A DNA stretch of 32,000 nt, from NCBI RefSeq assembly GCF_002075285.3, contig NZ_CP021983.2:3720001-3752000 (forward strand). Direction: 5' to 3'. The stretch is from Halomicronema hongdechloris C2206. GTDB taxonomy: Bacteria; Cyanobacteriota; Cyanobacteriia; Phormidesmidales; Phormidesmidaceae. Positions 11,037-20,295 of this stretch are shown piece after piece; position 1 is the first letter of the stretch, and each line of letters opens with the position of its first letter. The translations under genes were made by a program, and so were the position numbers. Under the pieces are notes generated by a model, which searched no databases, was not told the DNA's origin, and saw only the letters and a program-made list of their open reading frames with translations.

Positions 11037-12325
11037 GGGCACCTCGAAAAATAGCCAGAGCGATCTCAGTATGAGATCATAAGGTCGGTTTTGTTGAAGC
11101 ACGCAGGCCATGGGACAGCAGGGATTCTGGGATATCGAAGAGCGCCAGCAAAAACTGGAGCAAAAGAAGGCGGTACTGAATCGGTTGAATCAACTGGTGC
11201 CGTGGGAGACCTTTCGTCCGATTCTGATGCAGATTCGAGAGAAACCGCGCAAAAGCCAGGCCGGTCGTAACCCCACCGATGTCCTGTTACTCTTCAAGAT
11301 GCTGGTGCTGCAAAAGCTATACAACATCAGCGATGACGAACTGGAATATCAGGTCAACGACCGACTGTCCTTCATGCAATTTCTCGGTTTGGGGCTTGAG
11401 GATAGAGTCCCGGATGCAACGACGGTGTGGCTCTTCCGAGAACAGTTGCAGCAGCACGGCTTGGTGGAGGCGTTGTTCGAGCAGTTTGGAGCCTATCTGC
11501 AAGGGGCAGGCTATGCCGCCAAGGATGGGCAAATTGTGGATGCGACCTTGATTCCAGTTCCCAAACAACGCAACACCCGTGAGGAGAACCAAACCCTCAA
11601 GCAGGGTGAGGTTCCCGTTGAGTGGCAAGAGACCCCTCATCAGCTCGCGCAAAAAGATGTTGACGCCCGATGGACGAAGAAAAATGGAACGTCCCACTAC
11701 GGCTACAAAAACCACATCAATAGTGATGCCGGCTTTAAGCTCATTCGCCGTTACAGCGTCACCGATGCGTCGGTCCATGACTCGCAGGTCTTGGGCGAGT
11801 TGCTCGATGCGGATAATAGCGGCGATGGACTTTGGGCCGATAGTGCGTATCTCTCCGTGCTGATTGTCGAGGTGCTGAAATTGATAGGGTTTGAGTCCGC
11901 ATATAAATGAACGGGCCTATCGCAATCGCCCCTTAAGCGAGGCCCAGAAAACCGCGAATCGAGAGCGCTCCAAAACCCGTGCCAGAGTGGAGCACATCTT
12001 CGGAGATGTCGTCACCAGCATGGGTGGCAAGGTGGTGCGCAGCATCGGGTTAGCCCGTGCCCAGACCCAGCTAGGTCTGAAAAACTCTGGTGTATAACCT
12101 GAAGCGGTTTTGTGTGTCTCGAAACCCAACGTGCTGCATCGGCTGAACTGGCAAGATAATCGGACCTAAAGCCGGGAAATCGACTTAAACGTGGTCTTCC
12201 AACCCTATTTTTTTGTCAAAATGGGAAGCTTTTTTCGGTGGAATGTCTCGGACTCTCTTTGAGTCACCTTGACGGTCTCAAATGAGACGCCATTAGCTAA
12301 AGAAAACTGATTAATCGAGGTCCCC
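11037..12325 (+). mobile_element. IS5-family insertion sequence, defective (about 1.29 kb) with imperfect terminal inverted repeats
   Basis: Left end GGGCACCTCGAAAAATAG (11037-) versus the reverse complement of the right end GGGGACCTCGATTAATCAG (-12325), about 14/18 identical. Encloses a DDE transposase reading frame. No convincing target-site duplication seen (flanks ttga / tatt). Confidence 0.65.
11110..12146 (+). pseudogene. IS5-family DDE transposase, disrupted by two single-nucleotide frameshifts
   Basis: ORF 11110-11910 (DDE_Tnp_1-like; NISDDELEYQVNDRLSFMQFLG, LWADSAY) continues in another frame as ORF 11891-12097 (NERAYRNRPLSEAQKTANRERSKTRARVEHIFG). An extra nt near 11899 breaks FES-HINERAY. 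A second shift near 12087 breaks the conserved LKNLVYNLKRF tail, which is readable in the +1 frame and ends with TGA at 12144-12146. Confidence 0.8.
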
Positions 12326-12391
12326 TATTGGATTCTCGGCAGAGACCGGTAGTTGTTGCCTTATGTGCCAAACGCCCCATTGTGGCCAGCT

Positions 12392-12775
12392 CTAATCCGT
12401 TGTCTGATCCCAAGAAACCCGTTGCCGTCGCAACCAGGCCTCAATCACCCTCAAGATGTACTGCTGCTGAGTTGACGTCAGCGCTTGGCCAGGAGGAATG
12501 CCATGCCAGCGACTAAGGCAACGACGACAGCAAGTGCCAGTGGCATGTTGGGCAATGAAGACAGGATGCCCACGCCAGGGAGTTTGACGCCCGTCGCGGC
12601 TAGGATGGGCCGGCGCCAATCGCTGCTCGATGAAGTCGGCGCCATGCTGCAAAATGGTGGCCACCCCTTGGCGCTGCAGATACTCCCGTTCCCGCTCTAA
12701 GAGCCGAAACCGACGGCGAAATTCAGACCGTTGTAACCGCTCAAATACGGCATCCAAATTCGGATCCATGGTCAA
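12392..12775 (-). CDS. DUF4186 domain-containing protein
   Basis: Matches the conserved DUF4186 pattern as I remember it: FRRRFRL...RE..YL...G, RDGRQTPWRGHPVFIAQHATGTCCRRCLSRWHGIP, YILRVIEAWL. Confidence 0.72.
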   Translation of the reverse strand: MTMDPNLDAVFERLQRSEFRRRFRLLEREREYLQRQGVATILQHGADFIEQRLAPAHPSRDGRQTPWRGHPVFIAQHATGTCCRRCLSRWHGIPPGQALTSTQQQYILRVIEAWLRRQRVSWDQTTD

Positions 12776-12966
12776 TCCTGTAGCGAACGTCTCGACCGTT
12801 GGCCAACGCCACCACGCAAGTGCCTACGCATGCTGAGCCTTACTCACAGTCTAATCAGGCAACCCGATGCCTCTCACCTTTAGTCATCTTCAGTCGCCCC
12901 TGCCTGTGGTCCCGCCCGCTGCAGTGACCTGGGCACTATGCATGATTTACGTTAACTTTTAATAAG

Positions 12967-13953
12967 TTGACCAAAATTGACTTGACAAAGACACCCAATT
13001 TCTCACTAGAGACGTGGGCGTGGGTGCTCCTAACCATCATGGCATCACTCATCTTCTCAATTCCTAAGCACCTGCGAGTCATCACCGATCGGGGCTATCA
13101 CCTATTCAGAGTCACCATCGTCTATTCAAATATCTGGGTGGCTGCCGCCATCGCCTCTCTGGTGGTATTCGTGCAAGACACCCTAGGCCTCGACTGGCAA
13201 TGGGCGCCGGTATTGCTAATCTTCGCATCGGCCCTGATTCCTTATAATCTCGATCGCATCGCCGACTCCTACGTGCAAGAGATTCCCGATGGCAAGGCTC
13301 AAGCCTATTTCCAGCAAGGCTGGGGCTGGGTAGTGTTAATCGCCGCCACTGCCGCCACCGGGATACTGCTCTACTACGCTGACCGGTCTGTATTACTCGT
13401 GAGCTTAGGGGGGCTAGTGCCTTTGATTTACGGCCTGCCCCTCTTTCCCTGGTGGCGACAGCATCGCCTGCAGTGGTGGCGGCTGAAGGATATTCCTGCC
13501 TCGAAGGCCTGGTTGGTGGCGGGCATCATCACCTACGCCTTAATTGCCGTGCCCCTGGCCTATGCCCATGCTCCGTTTACCCTATCCGCGGGGTTAACCA
13601 GCTTCTTCCTGCTGATTTTCATCGGCACCAACTCCCATCTCTTCGATGTGCGCGATCTGGAATCAGATCGTCAGGCAGGGGTGCTGACTCTGCCCCTACT
13701 AGTGGGACTATCTAACCATCGCCAGATTTGGACGGCCTTGAACCTAGTGGCCTTAGCCGTGGTGGGCTGGGGCTGGCTGCAGCATTTATCTGTGCCGTCA
13801 CCGCTAGTAGCCATCCCTTGTGTAGCTGCTAATTTAATTGCCATCTGGCTGATCCGGCCGGCTACACCGCGCCCCCTGTACAGTCTTTGCATAGACGGTT
13901 ACTTGTGGTTACCCAGTCTCATCGTGGCAGTGATAAGGGCCTTTCAGTTATAG
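12967..13953 (+). CDS. UbiA-superfamily integral-membrane prenyltransferase (substrate unknown)
   Basis: About 8 predicted hydrophobic helices. First Asp-rich motif YNLDRIADSYVQE (NxxxDxxxD-like) and second motif FDVRDLESDRQAGVLTLP (DxxDxxxD). The start is uncertain: TTG at 12967, the first in-frame ATG at 13039 falls inside a helix. Confidence 0.62.
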   Translation: MTKIDLTKTPNFSLETWAWVLLTIMASLIFSIPKHLRVITDRGYHLFRVTIVYSNIWVAAAIASLVVFVQDTLGLDWQWAPVLLIFASALIPYNLDRIADSYVQEIPDGKAQAYFQQGWGWVVLIAATAATGILLYYADRSVLLVSLGGLVPLIYGLPLFPWWRQHRLQWWRLKDIPASKAWLVAGIITYALIAVPLAYAHAPFTLSAGLTSFFLLIFIGTNSHLFDVRDLESDRQAGVLTLPLLVGLSNHRQIWTALNLVALAVVGWGWLQHLSVPSPLVAIPCVAANLIAIWLIRPATPRPLYSLCIDGYLWLPSLIVAVIRAFQL

Positions 13954-14054
13954 GGTTAGCTAGTTTACCGAGGATATTACCGATCGTTCAGCTGCTCAGT
14001 CTAAAGGGGGTGATGAGCTCACCACTAGGTACAGTGCGGTGGTGGCGGCTCTAG

Positions 14055-14807
14055 CTACTCAATCAACTCATCCTCTGTATCTGTGGTCGTTGCTGCCGCA
14101 GGGTCATCTGCCAATAGAGCAGTCGCCACATCTGGAAAATGCTGGCGCATACAGCGATCGCAAACCCCGTGGGTGAAAGAGACATCCGCATGCTGTTCGA
14201 TGAACCGCTCAACCGTCGACCAATACCCCTGATCGTCACGCATGCCCTTGCAGTACGAACAAATCGGAATCAGCCCCTCCATGATCTCGATTGTCTCCAG
14301 GGCATTTGCCAATCGAGCCGACACCCGTTTCAGCTCCAGTTGCGTCACCACCTGACGAGCCAGGGCTTCCAGGGCATTTTTCTGCTGCTCAGACAACTCC
14401 CTAGGCTGGCGATCAATCACGCAGAGGGTCCCTAAAGCATGGCCCTCAGGGGTCACTAGCGGCACCCCGGCATAGAAGCGAATGCCCGGGGCACAGGTGA
14501 CCAGAGGATTTTGCTGAAAGCGTTCATCCTCGAGGGCATCGTGGATTACCAACATCTGTTTGTCCAGGATGGCATGGGCACAGAAGGAGACATCACGGCT
14601 GGTCTCAGTCACCTCCAGTCCTACCCTCGCCTTGAACCATTGCCGATTCAAATCGACCATGCTGATTAAGGCAATGGGCACATCACAGATAAACGCCGCT
14701 AAGTCGGTGATGTCATCATAGGTCTGCTCAGAGGGAGTATCTAGAATGCTGTACTGCCTCAGGGCTTCCAGGCGGGCCGCTTCGCGAGTCGAGGACTTGA
14801 CAGTCAT
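14055..14807 (-). CDS. GAF-domain signalling protein with Cys-rich C-terminal module
   Basis: The N-terminal two-thirds is GAF-like (YSILDTP.E..YDDITDLAAFICDVPIALISMVD...WFKA, FCAHAI, RFYAGVPL). The C-terminus LIPICSYCKGMRDDQGYWSTVERFIEQHADVSFTHGVCDRCMRQHFP is a recurrent CxxC...HGxCxxC tail seen on bacterial sensor proteins. Confidence 0.75.
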   Translation of the reverse strand: MTVKSSTREAARLEALRQYSILDTPSEQTYDDITDLAAFICDVPIALISMVDLNRQWFKARVGLEVTETSRDVSFCAHAILDKQMLVIHDALEDERFQQNPLVTCAPGIRFYAGVPLVTPEGHALGTLCVIDRQPRELSEQQKNALEALARQVVTQLELKRVSARLANALETIEIMEGLIPICSYCKGMRDDQGYWSTVERFIEQHADVSFTHGVCDRCMRQHFPDVATALLADDPAAATTTDTEDELIE

Positions 14808-15012
14808 GGCATGGCAATGGTGCTTAATTTCTACGAATTCATTCTAGAAATGCAATTCGGGAGAGCCCTAAACAGGGCCGAGGATTTGATAATGCTTAAT
14901 ATCGCAGCGCTAAGAGTAATATCCCGTGTCTAGGTTCAAATCTAGCTGAGATGCCAACCATGGGGTATGGTGCTAGCTCAGTAGCGAGTGGACTGATCTA
15001 GGAGATACGGAC

Positions 15013-16569
15013 ATGGGCCAGACGGTAAGAGGAGTTGTGGCAGCTGGTCATCCCCAGACAGCAGAGGCTGGAGCCGAGATGCTACGCCGGGGAGGCAATG
15101 CCTTCGATGCCGTCGTGGCCGCCGCCCTGACCGCCTGTGTGACCGAATCGGTGCTCACCTCCCTGGCCGGCGGCGGCTTCCTGTTGGCCCATACTGCCAC
15201 CGGGGAGGACCGATTATTTGACTTCTTTAGCCAGACCCCTGGTCGTAAGGAGATTGATTTTTCCCTCGATTTCTACCCGATTGAGGCCAACTTTGGCGAT
15301 GTCATACAAGAGTTCCACATCGGCCTGGGATCCATGGCCGTGCCGGGCACGCTGGCCGGGTTGCTGCATGGGCATCGTCGCCTGGGTCGCCTGCCCCTGG
15401 CGGCTGTGATTGAACCGGCAGTTCATTGGGCTAGGGCCGGGATCGAGGTCACGCCCTTCCAGGCCTACTGCTTTCAGGTGTTGCAACCTATCCTGACGGC
15501 GACGCCAGCCACCCGAGCCATGTATGCCCCCCAGGGACCCCTACTGCAGGCGGGGGATATGCTCCGGTTTTCTCAATTCGCCGATACGCTGGCATACCTG
15601 GCAAAGAATCAGGGGCAGGCCCTCTACCAGGGGGAGTTGGCTGAGCAGATTGCTCGGGATTGCGCCACCCAGGGCGGATATCTGACGCGAGCGGATCTCA
15701 GCCGTTACCGGGTGATTGAACGGTCACCGCTGCGGGTGACCTATCGGGGCAACACCCTGCTGAGCAATCCGCCGCCGAGCTCCGGCGGCACCCTGATTGC
15801 CTTTTCCCTGAAACTGCTGGCCCAGGCTGAGATGGCGGCCACTGACTACACGGGTCCGGGCCATTTGGCCCTACTGACGGCGGCCATGGGCTTGACCAAT
15901 GCTGCTCGGCGAGATGGCTATGATGCCAATCTGTACCAGCGCGATATTACCGATTGGTTTCTGGGGGAGGCTCATCTGGCCAGCTATTATCAGGCCTTTG
16001 GCGACGTTGTAAATAAATGGGGCAGCACCACCCACATCAGTGTGTTGGATGCAGAAGGCAATGCCGCCAGCCTGACCGGGTCTAATGGGGAGGGCGCTGC
16101 CTACGTGATTCCGGGCACGGACATCATGATCAACAACATGCTGGGAGAAGAGGACTTAAACCCCCATGGCTTTCACCAGTGGCATCCCAATCGGCGGATC
16201 TCGTCGATGATGGCGCCGAGTATGGTGCTGCAGGAGGGACAACCACGACTGGTGTTGGGCTCTGGCGGCTCCAATCGCATTCGCACCGCCATCTTACAGG
16301 TCATGTCGAATGTGCTGGACTTCGACATGGATCTGGAGACGGCAGTAACCGCGCCCCGGGTGCACTGGGAACGGGGGGTATTTCATCTGGAACCTGGCAT
16401 CGATCGGGCCGTCCTCGAGGCCACATCTCTGCTGAGGGACGTGCAGCCGGTCTGGTGGCAGCGGCCCAATATGTTTTTCGGCGGGGTCCATACGGTGGCT
16501 CGACTGGACGATGGCACCATCATCGGCATGGGAGATCCCCGGCGTGGCGGCGCCGTAGCCTACAGTTAA
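15013..16569 (+). CDS. ggt: Gamma-glutamyltransferase family protein
   Basis: N-terminal GVVAAGHPQTAEAGAEMLRRGGNAFDA. Autoprocessing/catalytic Thr context WGSTTHISVLD. C-terminal GGSNRI and DPRRGG blocks are typical of GGT. Confidence 0.88.
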   Translation: MGQTVRGVVAAGHPQTAEAGAEMLRRGGNAFDAVVAAALTACVTESVLTSLAGGGFLLAHTATGEDRLFDFFSQTPGRKEIDFSLDFYPIEANFGDVIQEFHIGLGSMAVPGTLAGLLHGHRRLGRLPLAAVIEPAVHWARAGIEVTPFQAYCFQVLQPILTATPATRAMYAPQGPLLQAGDMLRFSQFADTLAYLAKNQGQALYQGELAEQIARDCATQGGYLTRADLSRYRVIERSPLRVTYRGNTLLSNPPPSSGGTLIAFSLKLLAQAEMAATDYTGPGHLALLTAAMGLTNAARRDGYDANLYQRDITDWFLGEAHLASYYQAFGDVVNKWGSTTHISVLDAEGNAASLTGSNGEGAAYVIPGTDIMINNMLGEEDLNPHGFHQWHPNRRISSMMAPSMVLQEGQPRLVLGSGGSNRIRTAILQVMSNVLDFDMDLETAVTAPRVHWERGVFHLEPGIDRAVLEATSLLRDVQPVWWQRPNMFFGGVHTVARLDDGTIIGMGDPRRGGAVAYS

Positions 16570-16713
16570 GCTGGCCGGAGGAGATAGCCTGCCCCAGTCT
16601 TTGCTGCCGGAACGATGGCCAGTGCTGGGAAATGGACAATCTACTATCGCTAGGGATGAGCACACCTCGTCTTCAGAAATCAGTCACAATGAATAGGGCC
16701 TCTGAGATGGACT

Positions 16714-18159
16714 ATGGTGCTGCCGATATCTTCGCCTAGGACAACTACTAGCTTGAAGGCATGGGCCAGAGCCATCGCCTCGCCAGCTCAAGAATTTTCA
16801 AACACTGCCTTGCCGGTCCTGGCCGGACAGATTCCGTCAGGGCTGAGGGGCAGTCTCTATCGCAATGGTCCCGCCCGGTTTGAGCGGGGACAGCAGCGGG
16901 TCAACCACTGGTTCGATGGGGATGGAGCCATATTGGCCGTCCACTTCGGAGACAGCAAAGCCACGGGGGTCTATCGCTATGTGCGTTCGGCTGGCTTCGA
17001 GGCGGAAGCCGAGGCCGACGCCTTGCTCTACCGTGGCTACGGCACCCTGGCCCCAGGCCCGATCTGGAAACGTTGGCAGGCTCAGCTGAAAAACGCCGCC
17101 AACACCTCAGTCCTAGCCCTGCCGGATCGACTGCTGGCCCTTTGGGAAGGCGGCTTCCCCCATCAGTTACGTCTGGATACCCTGGAGACCTTGGGATTGG
17201 ATGATCTGGGCCAACTGACTGGCGATGAGCCCTATTCGGCCCATCCCAAGCGCCACCATCGCACCGGCGACATCTTCAATTTCGGCATCGTGGCCGGGGC
17301 CGATGCCACCCTCAATCTCTATCGCAGCAATCCCCAGGGCCACATCCACCAGAAAGCTAGCATTCCCCTCAATGGCATTCCCCTAATCCACGACTTCGTC
17401 TTGGCAGACCGTTACCTGGTGTTTTGTGTACCGCCAGTGCGACTCAATGCCCTGCCAGCGGTGTTGGGCTTTCAAAGTTTCAGCGAGGCACTGTTGTGGC
17501 AACCGAAACGAGGCAGCCAAATCGTGGTAGTGGATGCCGATAGCCTGGAGGTGGTGGCCTGGGAACAGGTGGATCCTTGGTTTCAATGGCACTTTGGTAA
17601 GGGTTACCTGGATATCGATGGCACCGTGGTGCTGGACGTGGTGGCCTATGCCGACTTCAGCACCAATCAACAGCTGCGGGAAGTCGTAGATGGCCAGATC
17701 CACACGCCTGCGGCGGCGCAACTGCGGCGGCTGCGGCTACAGCCGACGACGGGGCAGATTCTGGACGACCGGGTGGTGGTGGACCAGCACTGCGAGTTTC
17801 CCCAGGTGGCCTGGTCTGGGGAAGATGTGGCCCTGGCCCCGACCTACCTGTCTCTCCATGCCCCTGGTCGCGATGCCACGGGCGAGTTACTCAGCGCCAT
17901 CGGTTGCCTGGACCCGGTCAGCGAGCAGTTGACCATTGTCGATGCCGGTGTCAATTGCTATCCCTCAGAGCCGGTCTATGCGGCGGATACTGAAAGCGAC
18001 CAGGGCTGGATTTTGACGGTGGTCTATGACGGCAACCACCACAACAGCGAGGTCTGGATCTATCGGGCCGAGGCCCTGGCGGATGGCCCTGTCTGTCGCT
18101 TGGGTCTGCCCCAGGTGATTCCCCACAGTTTCCACGGCACTTGGCAGAGCGCTGCCTAG
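16714..18159 (+). CDS. Carotenoid cleavage oxygenase (RPE65/CCO family; apocarotenoid oxygenase-like)
   Basis: GQIPSGLRGSLYRNGPARFERG...HWFDGDGAILAVHF is the signature N-terminal CCO block. Conserved His-containing blocks follow (YSAHPK, IHDFVL, FQWHFGKG, IPHSFHGTW). Confidence 0.85.
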   Translation: MVLPISSPRTTTSLKAWARAIASPAQEFSNTALPVLAGQIPSGLRGSLYRNGPARFERGQQRVNHWFDGDGAILAVHFGDSKATGVYRYVRSAGFEAEAEADALLYRGYGTLAPGPIWKRWQAQLKNAANTSVLALPDRLLALWEGGFPHQLRLDTLETLGLDDLGQLTGDEPYSAHPKRHHRTGDIFNFGIVAGADATLNLYRSNPQGHIHQKASIPLNGIPLIHDFVLADRYLVFCVPPVRLNALPAVLGFQSFSEALLWQPKRGSQIVVVDADSLEVVAWEQVDPWFQWHFGKGYLDIDGTVVLDVVAYADFSTNQQLREVVDGQIHTPAAAQLRRLRLQPTTGQILDDRVVVDQHCEFPQVAWSGEDVALAPTYLSLHAPGRDATGELLSAIGCLDPVSEQLTIVDAGVNCYPSEPVYAADTESDQGWILTVVYDGNHHNSEVWIYRAEALADGPVCRLGLPQVIPHSFHGTWQSAA

Positions 18160-18168
18160 GGGGCTGCA

Positions 18169-18564
18169 TCAGAAGACCTGATACTCCAGGGCGTGGGCCT
18201 GAAAAAATTGCCAGGTGTAGTCGACAGCTTGCTGGGTGTCGAAGGCTTTGCAGGTGAATAGTACCGTGGCGAAGAACTTAGCGGAACTCCAGACATAGAG
18301 GGAGATGCCAGAGTCGATCAGGGGGATAAAGGCATCGAAGCCTTGGTTTTCTGCTTTGCCGAGGCCGCCGGGGGCATGGATGATGGGGGTGCCGTAGGCG
18401 CGCAACCCTAGGTGAGCCGCTACTCCCAGGAGATAAGCCGCGATGGTGTCGCGATCGACATCGGTGGTGTAGCAGCCTTCGATCAGCAGTCTCTGGCGGG
18501 TGATCTGGGGGGCAAGGTCTTTCATGGGCGGTGAGCTATGGGTAGGGTCAGTCGGGTTGATCAT
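18169..18564 (-). CDS. S-adenosylmethionine decarboxylase (SpeD/SpeH, pyruvoyl-enzyme)-like small protein, divergent
   Basis: Size (about 120-130 aa) and layout resemble class-1 AdoMetDC. LLIEGCY corresponds to the D..GC block. PLIDSGISLYVWSSAKFFATVLFTCK aligns by eye with [25 protein letters not shown], with Asp-Ser in place of the Glu-Ser self-cleavage site. Assignment is from memory of the motif only. Confidence 0.45.
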   Translation of the reverse strand: MINPTDPTHSSPPMKDLAPQITRQRLLIEGCYTTDVDRDTIAAYLLGVAAHLGLRAYGTPIIHAPGGLGKAENQGFDAFIPLIDSGISLYVWSSAKFFATVLFTCKAFDTQQAVDYTWQFFQAHALEYQVF

Positions 18565-18596
18565 AGCCTTGGCCGGGGAGCAGCTTTCGCAGTCGT

Positions 18597-18694
18597 GGAG
18601 ACTTCTTTCACCCCGGTGGCAGCTTTGTTGTTATCCTCGGAGACTTCTTTTTCTGCCGTGGCAGCTCTGTTTTGGCTGCGGAGGTTTCCTTTGA
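18597..18694. repeat. Imperfect 42-bp tandem repeat (2 good copies plus 1 degenerate)
   Basis: ggagacttctttcaccccggtggcagctttgtt (18597) and ggagacttctttttctgccgtggcagctctgtt (18639) start exactly 42 bp apart. A weaker third copy, ggaggtttcctttgac, starts at 18681. Confidence 0.6.
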
Positions 18695-18830
18695 CATCAT
18701 GAAAGGTTTCTGTGGCCCAGGTTGCGCGTCAGGAGCTGGCTGCGGGTAGTCCTTCCAATCAGATCATCCAACCCCGCCACACTGCCATGCGCCTAGGAAG
18801 GCACCCCGGCACAAATAGCCTGTTTGGCTT

Positions 18831-20291
18831 TTACGCCTTCAAAACCTGCGCTAACGCCTGAATTCCTTGCTGAATCTGGTCTTCATCAAGCTGGGCATAG
18901 CCAAAAATAAACTCCCCGGTTTTGGGGCTTGCCAAATAGTAGCTCTGGGCGCTGATCACGCCTACATCGACGCTGGCGGCCCGCTGAATTACAGCCTCAT
19001 CGGGTATCGGTGTTTCAAGCTTTGCCATCAAGTGAATTCCGGCATTCTCTCCCAAAATGGTGATCCTAGAGTCAAAGCTCTCCTTCAATACGTTAACCAA
19101 TGCCTGCCGCTGCTGATTGTAGAGGTGGCGCATTCGCCGGATATGCCGATCAAAATGGCCTTCGGTGAAGAAATCCGCCAGGGCATATTGCTCCAGCAAT
19201 GGAGACTGGCGATCGCACAACCACTTAGCCCGACTCACCAGGGGTATCCAGGCCTTTGGCACCACTAGATAGCCAATCCGCAAAGCAGGAAAGAGAATTT
19301 TAGAGAAGGTGCCCACGTAGATGACCGTATTGTTGCGATCCAGTCCTTGCAGGGCCGGAATGGGGCGATCGCCGTAGCGATATTCACCGTCGTAGTCATC
19401 TTCCAGAATCAGGGTTCCGGTCTGTTGTGCCCATTGCAACAGGGCCAATCGACGGGAAAGGGACAGGGTAACGCCAGTGGGAAATTGATGGGAAGGAGTG
19501 ACATACAGCAGCTTGAATGACTGGGGATACTGAGCCAGTGCCGCCACATCTACCCCTTCTTCATCCACGGGGATAGGCTGCAGATTCGCCCCCTGTGCGG
19601 CGAAGCAATACCTGGCCCCCAAATAGCCTGGATCTTCCATGGCGACCCAATCCCCAGCATCCAGGGTAAGGCGAGCAATCAGGTCGAGGGCTTGTTGAGA
19701 TCCGTTGACGATGATGACCTGTTCTGGACTGCACTGCACTGCCCGAGACCGCCCCAGGTAGTCGGCGATCGCCTGCCTCAGGGGCAGATATCCCGCTGCA
19801 TCGGCACTGTAATTCATGAGGCTTGAGGACGTGCTGCAGTGACGGGTGAGGAGCCGTCGCCAGAGATCCATCGGAAACAACTCCGAGGCGGGGTTGCCAT
19901 AGCGAAAGTTAATTGCTGATTGAGGACATGGCCCTTCCAGAGCCTGTCCAGCTAACAACTGAGTGCCGAACTGAGACAGCCGGGTGGGAGCGGATGAGGG
20001 GGATGAGTTCTGGGCAATTGGTTCAATCTGTAAATAGTCTTCCGGGAGTTGAGCACAGACAAAGGTGCCCGAGCCTTTCCGAGTCTCCAAATATCCCTCA
20101 CTCACCAGTTGGTCATAGCTTTGGGTTACCGTCACCCGCGAGATATCCAGAGACTGGGCCAACAGGCGGGAGGGCGGTAATTGTTGGTTGGGCTTGAGGC
20201 GTTTTTGCAAAACAGCACCCCGCAATTCTTCCGCTAGCTGCTGATACAGGGGAATGGTGGAGTTGCGATCGAGGGAGAGGGCCAAATCCAT
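18831..20291 (-). CDS. MocR/PdxR-type transcriptional regulator (GntR wHTH fused to a PLP-dependent aminotransferase-like domain)
   Basis: N-terminal GntR HTH (LYQQLAEELRGAVL...LPPSRLLAQSLDISRVTVTQSYDQLVSEGYLETRKGSGTFV). The C-terminal fold-type-I aminotransferase domain has the PLP-lysine context VGTFSKILFPALRIGYLV. Confidence 0.9.
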   Translation of the reverse strand: MDLALSLDRNSTIPLYQQLAEELRGAVLQKRLKPNQQLPPSRLLAQSLDISRVTVTQSYDQLVSEGYLETRKGSGTFVCAQLPEDYLQIEPIAQNSSPSSAPTRLSQFGTQLLAGQALEGPCPQSAINFRYGNPASELFPMDLWRRLLTRHCSTSSSLMNYSADAAGYLPLRQAIADYLGRSRAVQCSPEQVIIVNGSQQALDLIARLTLDAGDWVAMEDPGYLGARYCFAAQGANLQPIPVDEEGVDVAALAQYPQSFKLLYVTPSHQFPTGVTLSLSRRLALLQWAQQTGTLILEDDYDGEYRYGDRPIPALQGLDRNNTVIYVGTFSKILFPALRIGYLVVPKAWIPLVSRAKWLCDRQSPLLEQYALADFFTEGHFDRHIRRMRHLYNQQRQALVNVLKESFDSRITILGENAGIHLMAKLETPIPDEAVIQRAASVDVGVISAQSYYLASPKTGEFIFGYAQLDEDQIQQGIQALAQVLKA

Positions 20292-20295
20292 AGGA

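Noticed and set aside
11880-12100. IS5 transposase frameshifts as programmed ribosomal frameshifting
   Set aside because: There are two separate shifts, both close to the C-terminus and downstream of the catalytic core, with no slippery heptamer evident. IS5-group elements normally encode a single uninterrupted ORF, so decay is the simpler reading.
14928-14957. tRNA-like T-arm (ctaggTTCAAATctagc ... gcca) in the GAF/ggt intergenic region; possible tRNA fragment or att site
   Set aside because: The proposed T-stem does not pair: only the G-C and wobble positions work, and two positions mismatch. No D-arm, anticodon arm or acceptor stem can be built upstream.
16179-16739. 186-aa plus-strand ORF spanning the ggt 3' end and the intergenic region
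   Set aside because: It is an alternative frame of the well-supported GGT gene, with Gly/Arg-rich composition and no independent support.
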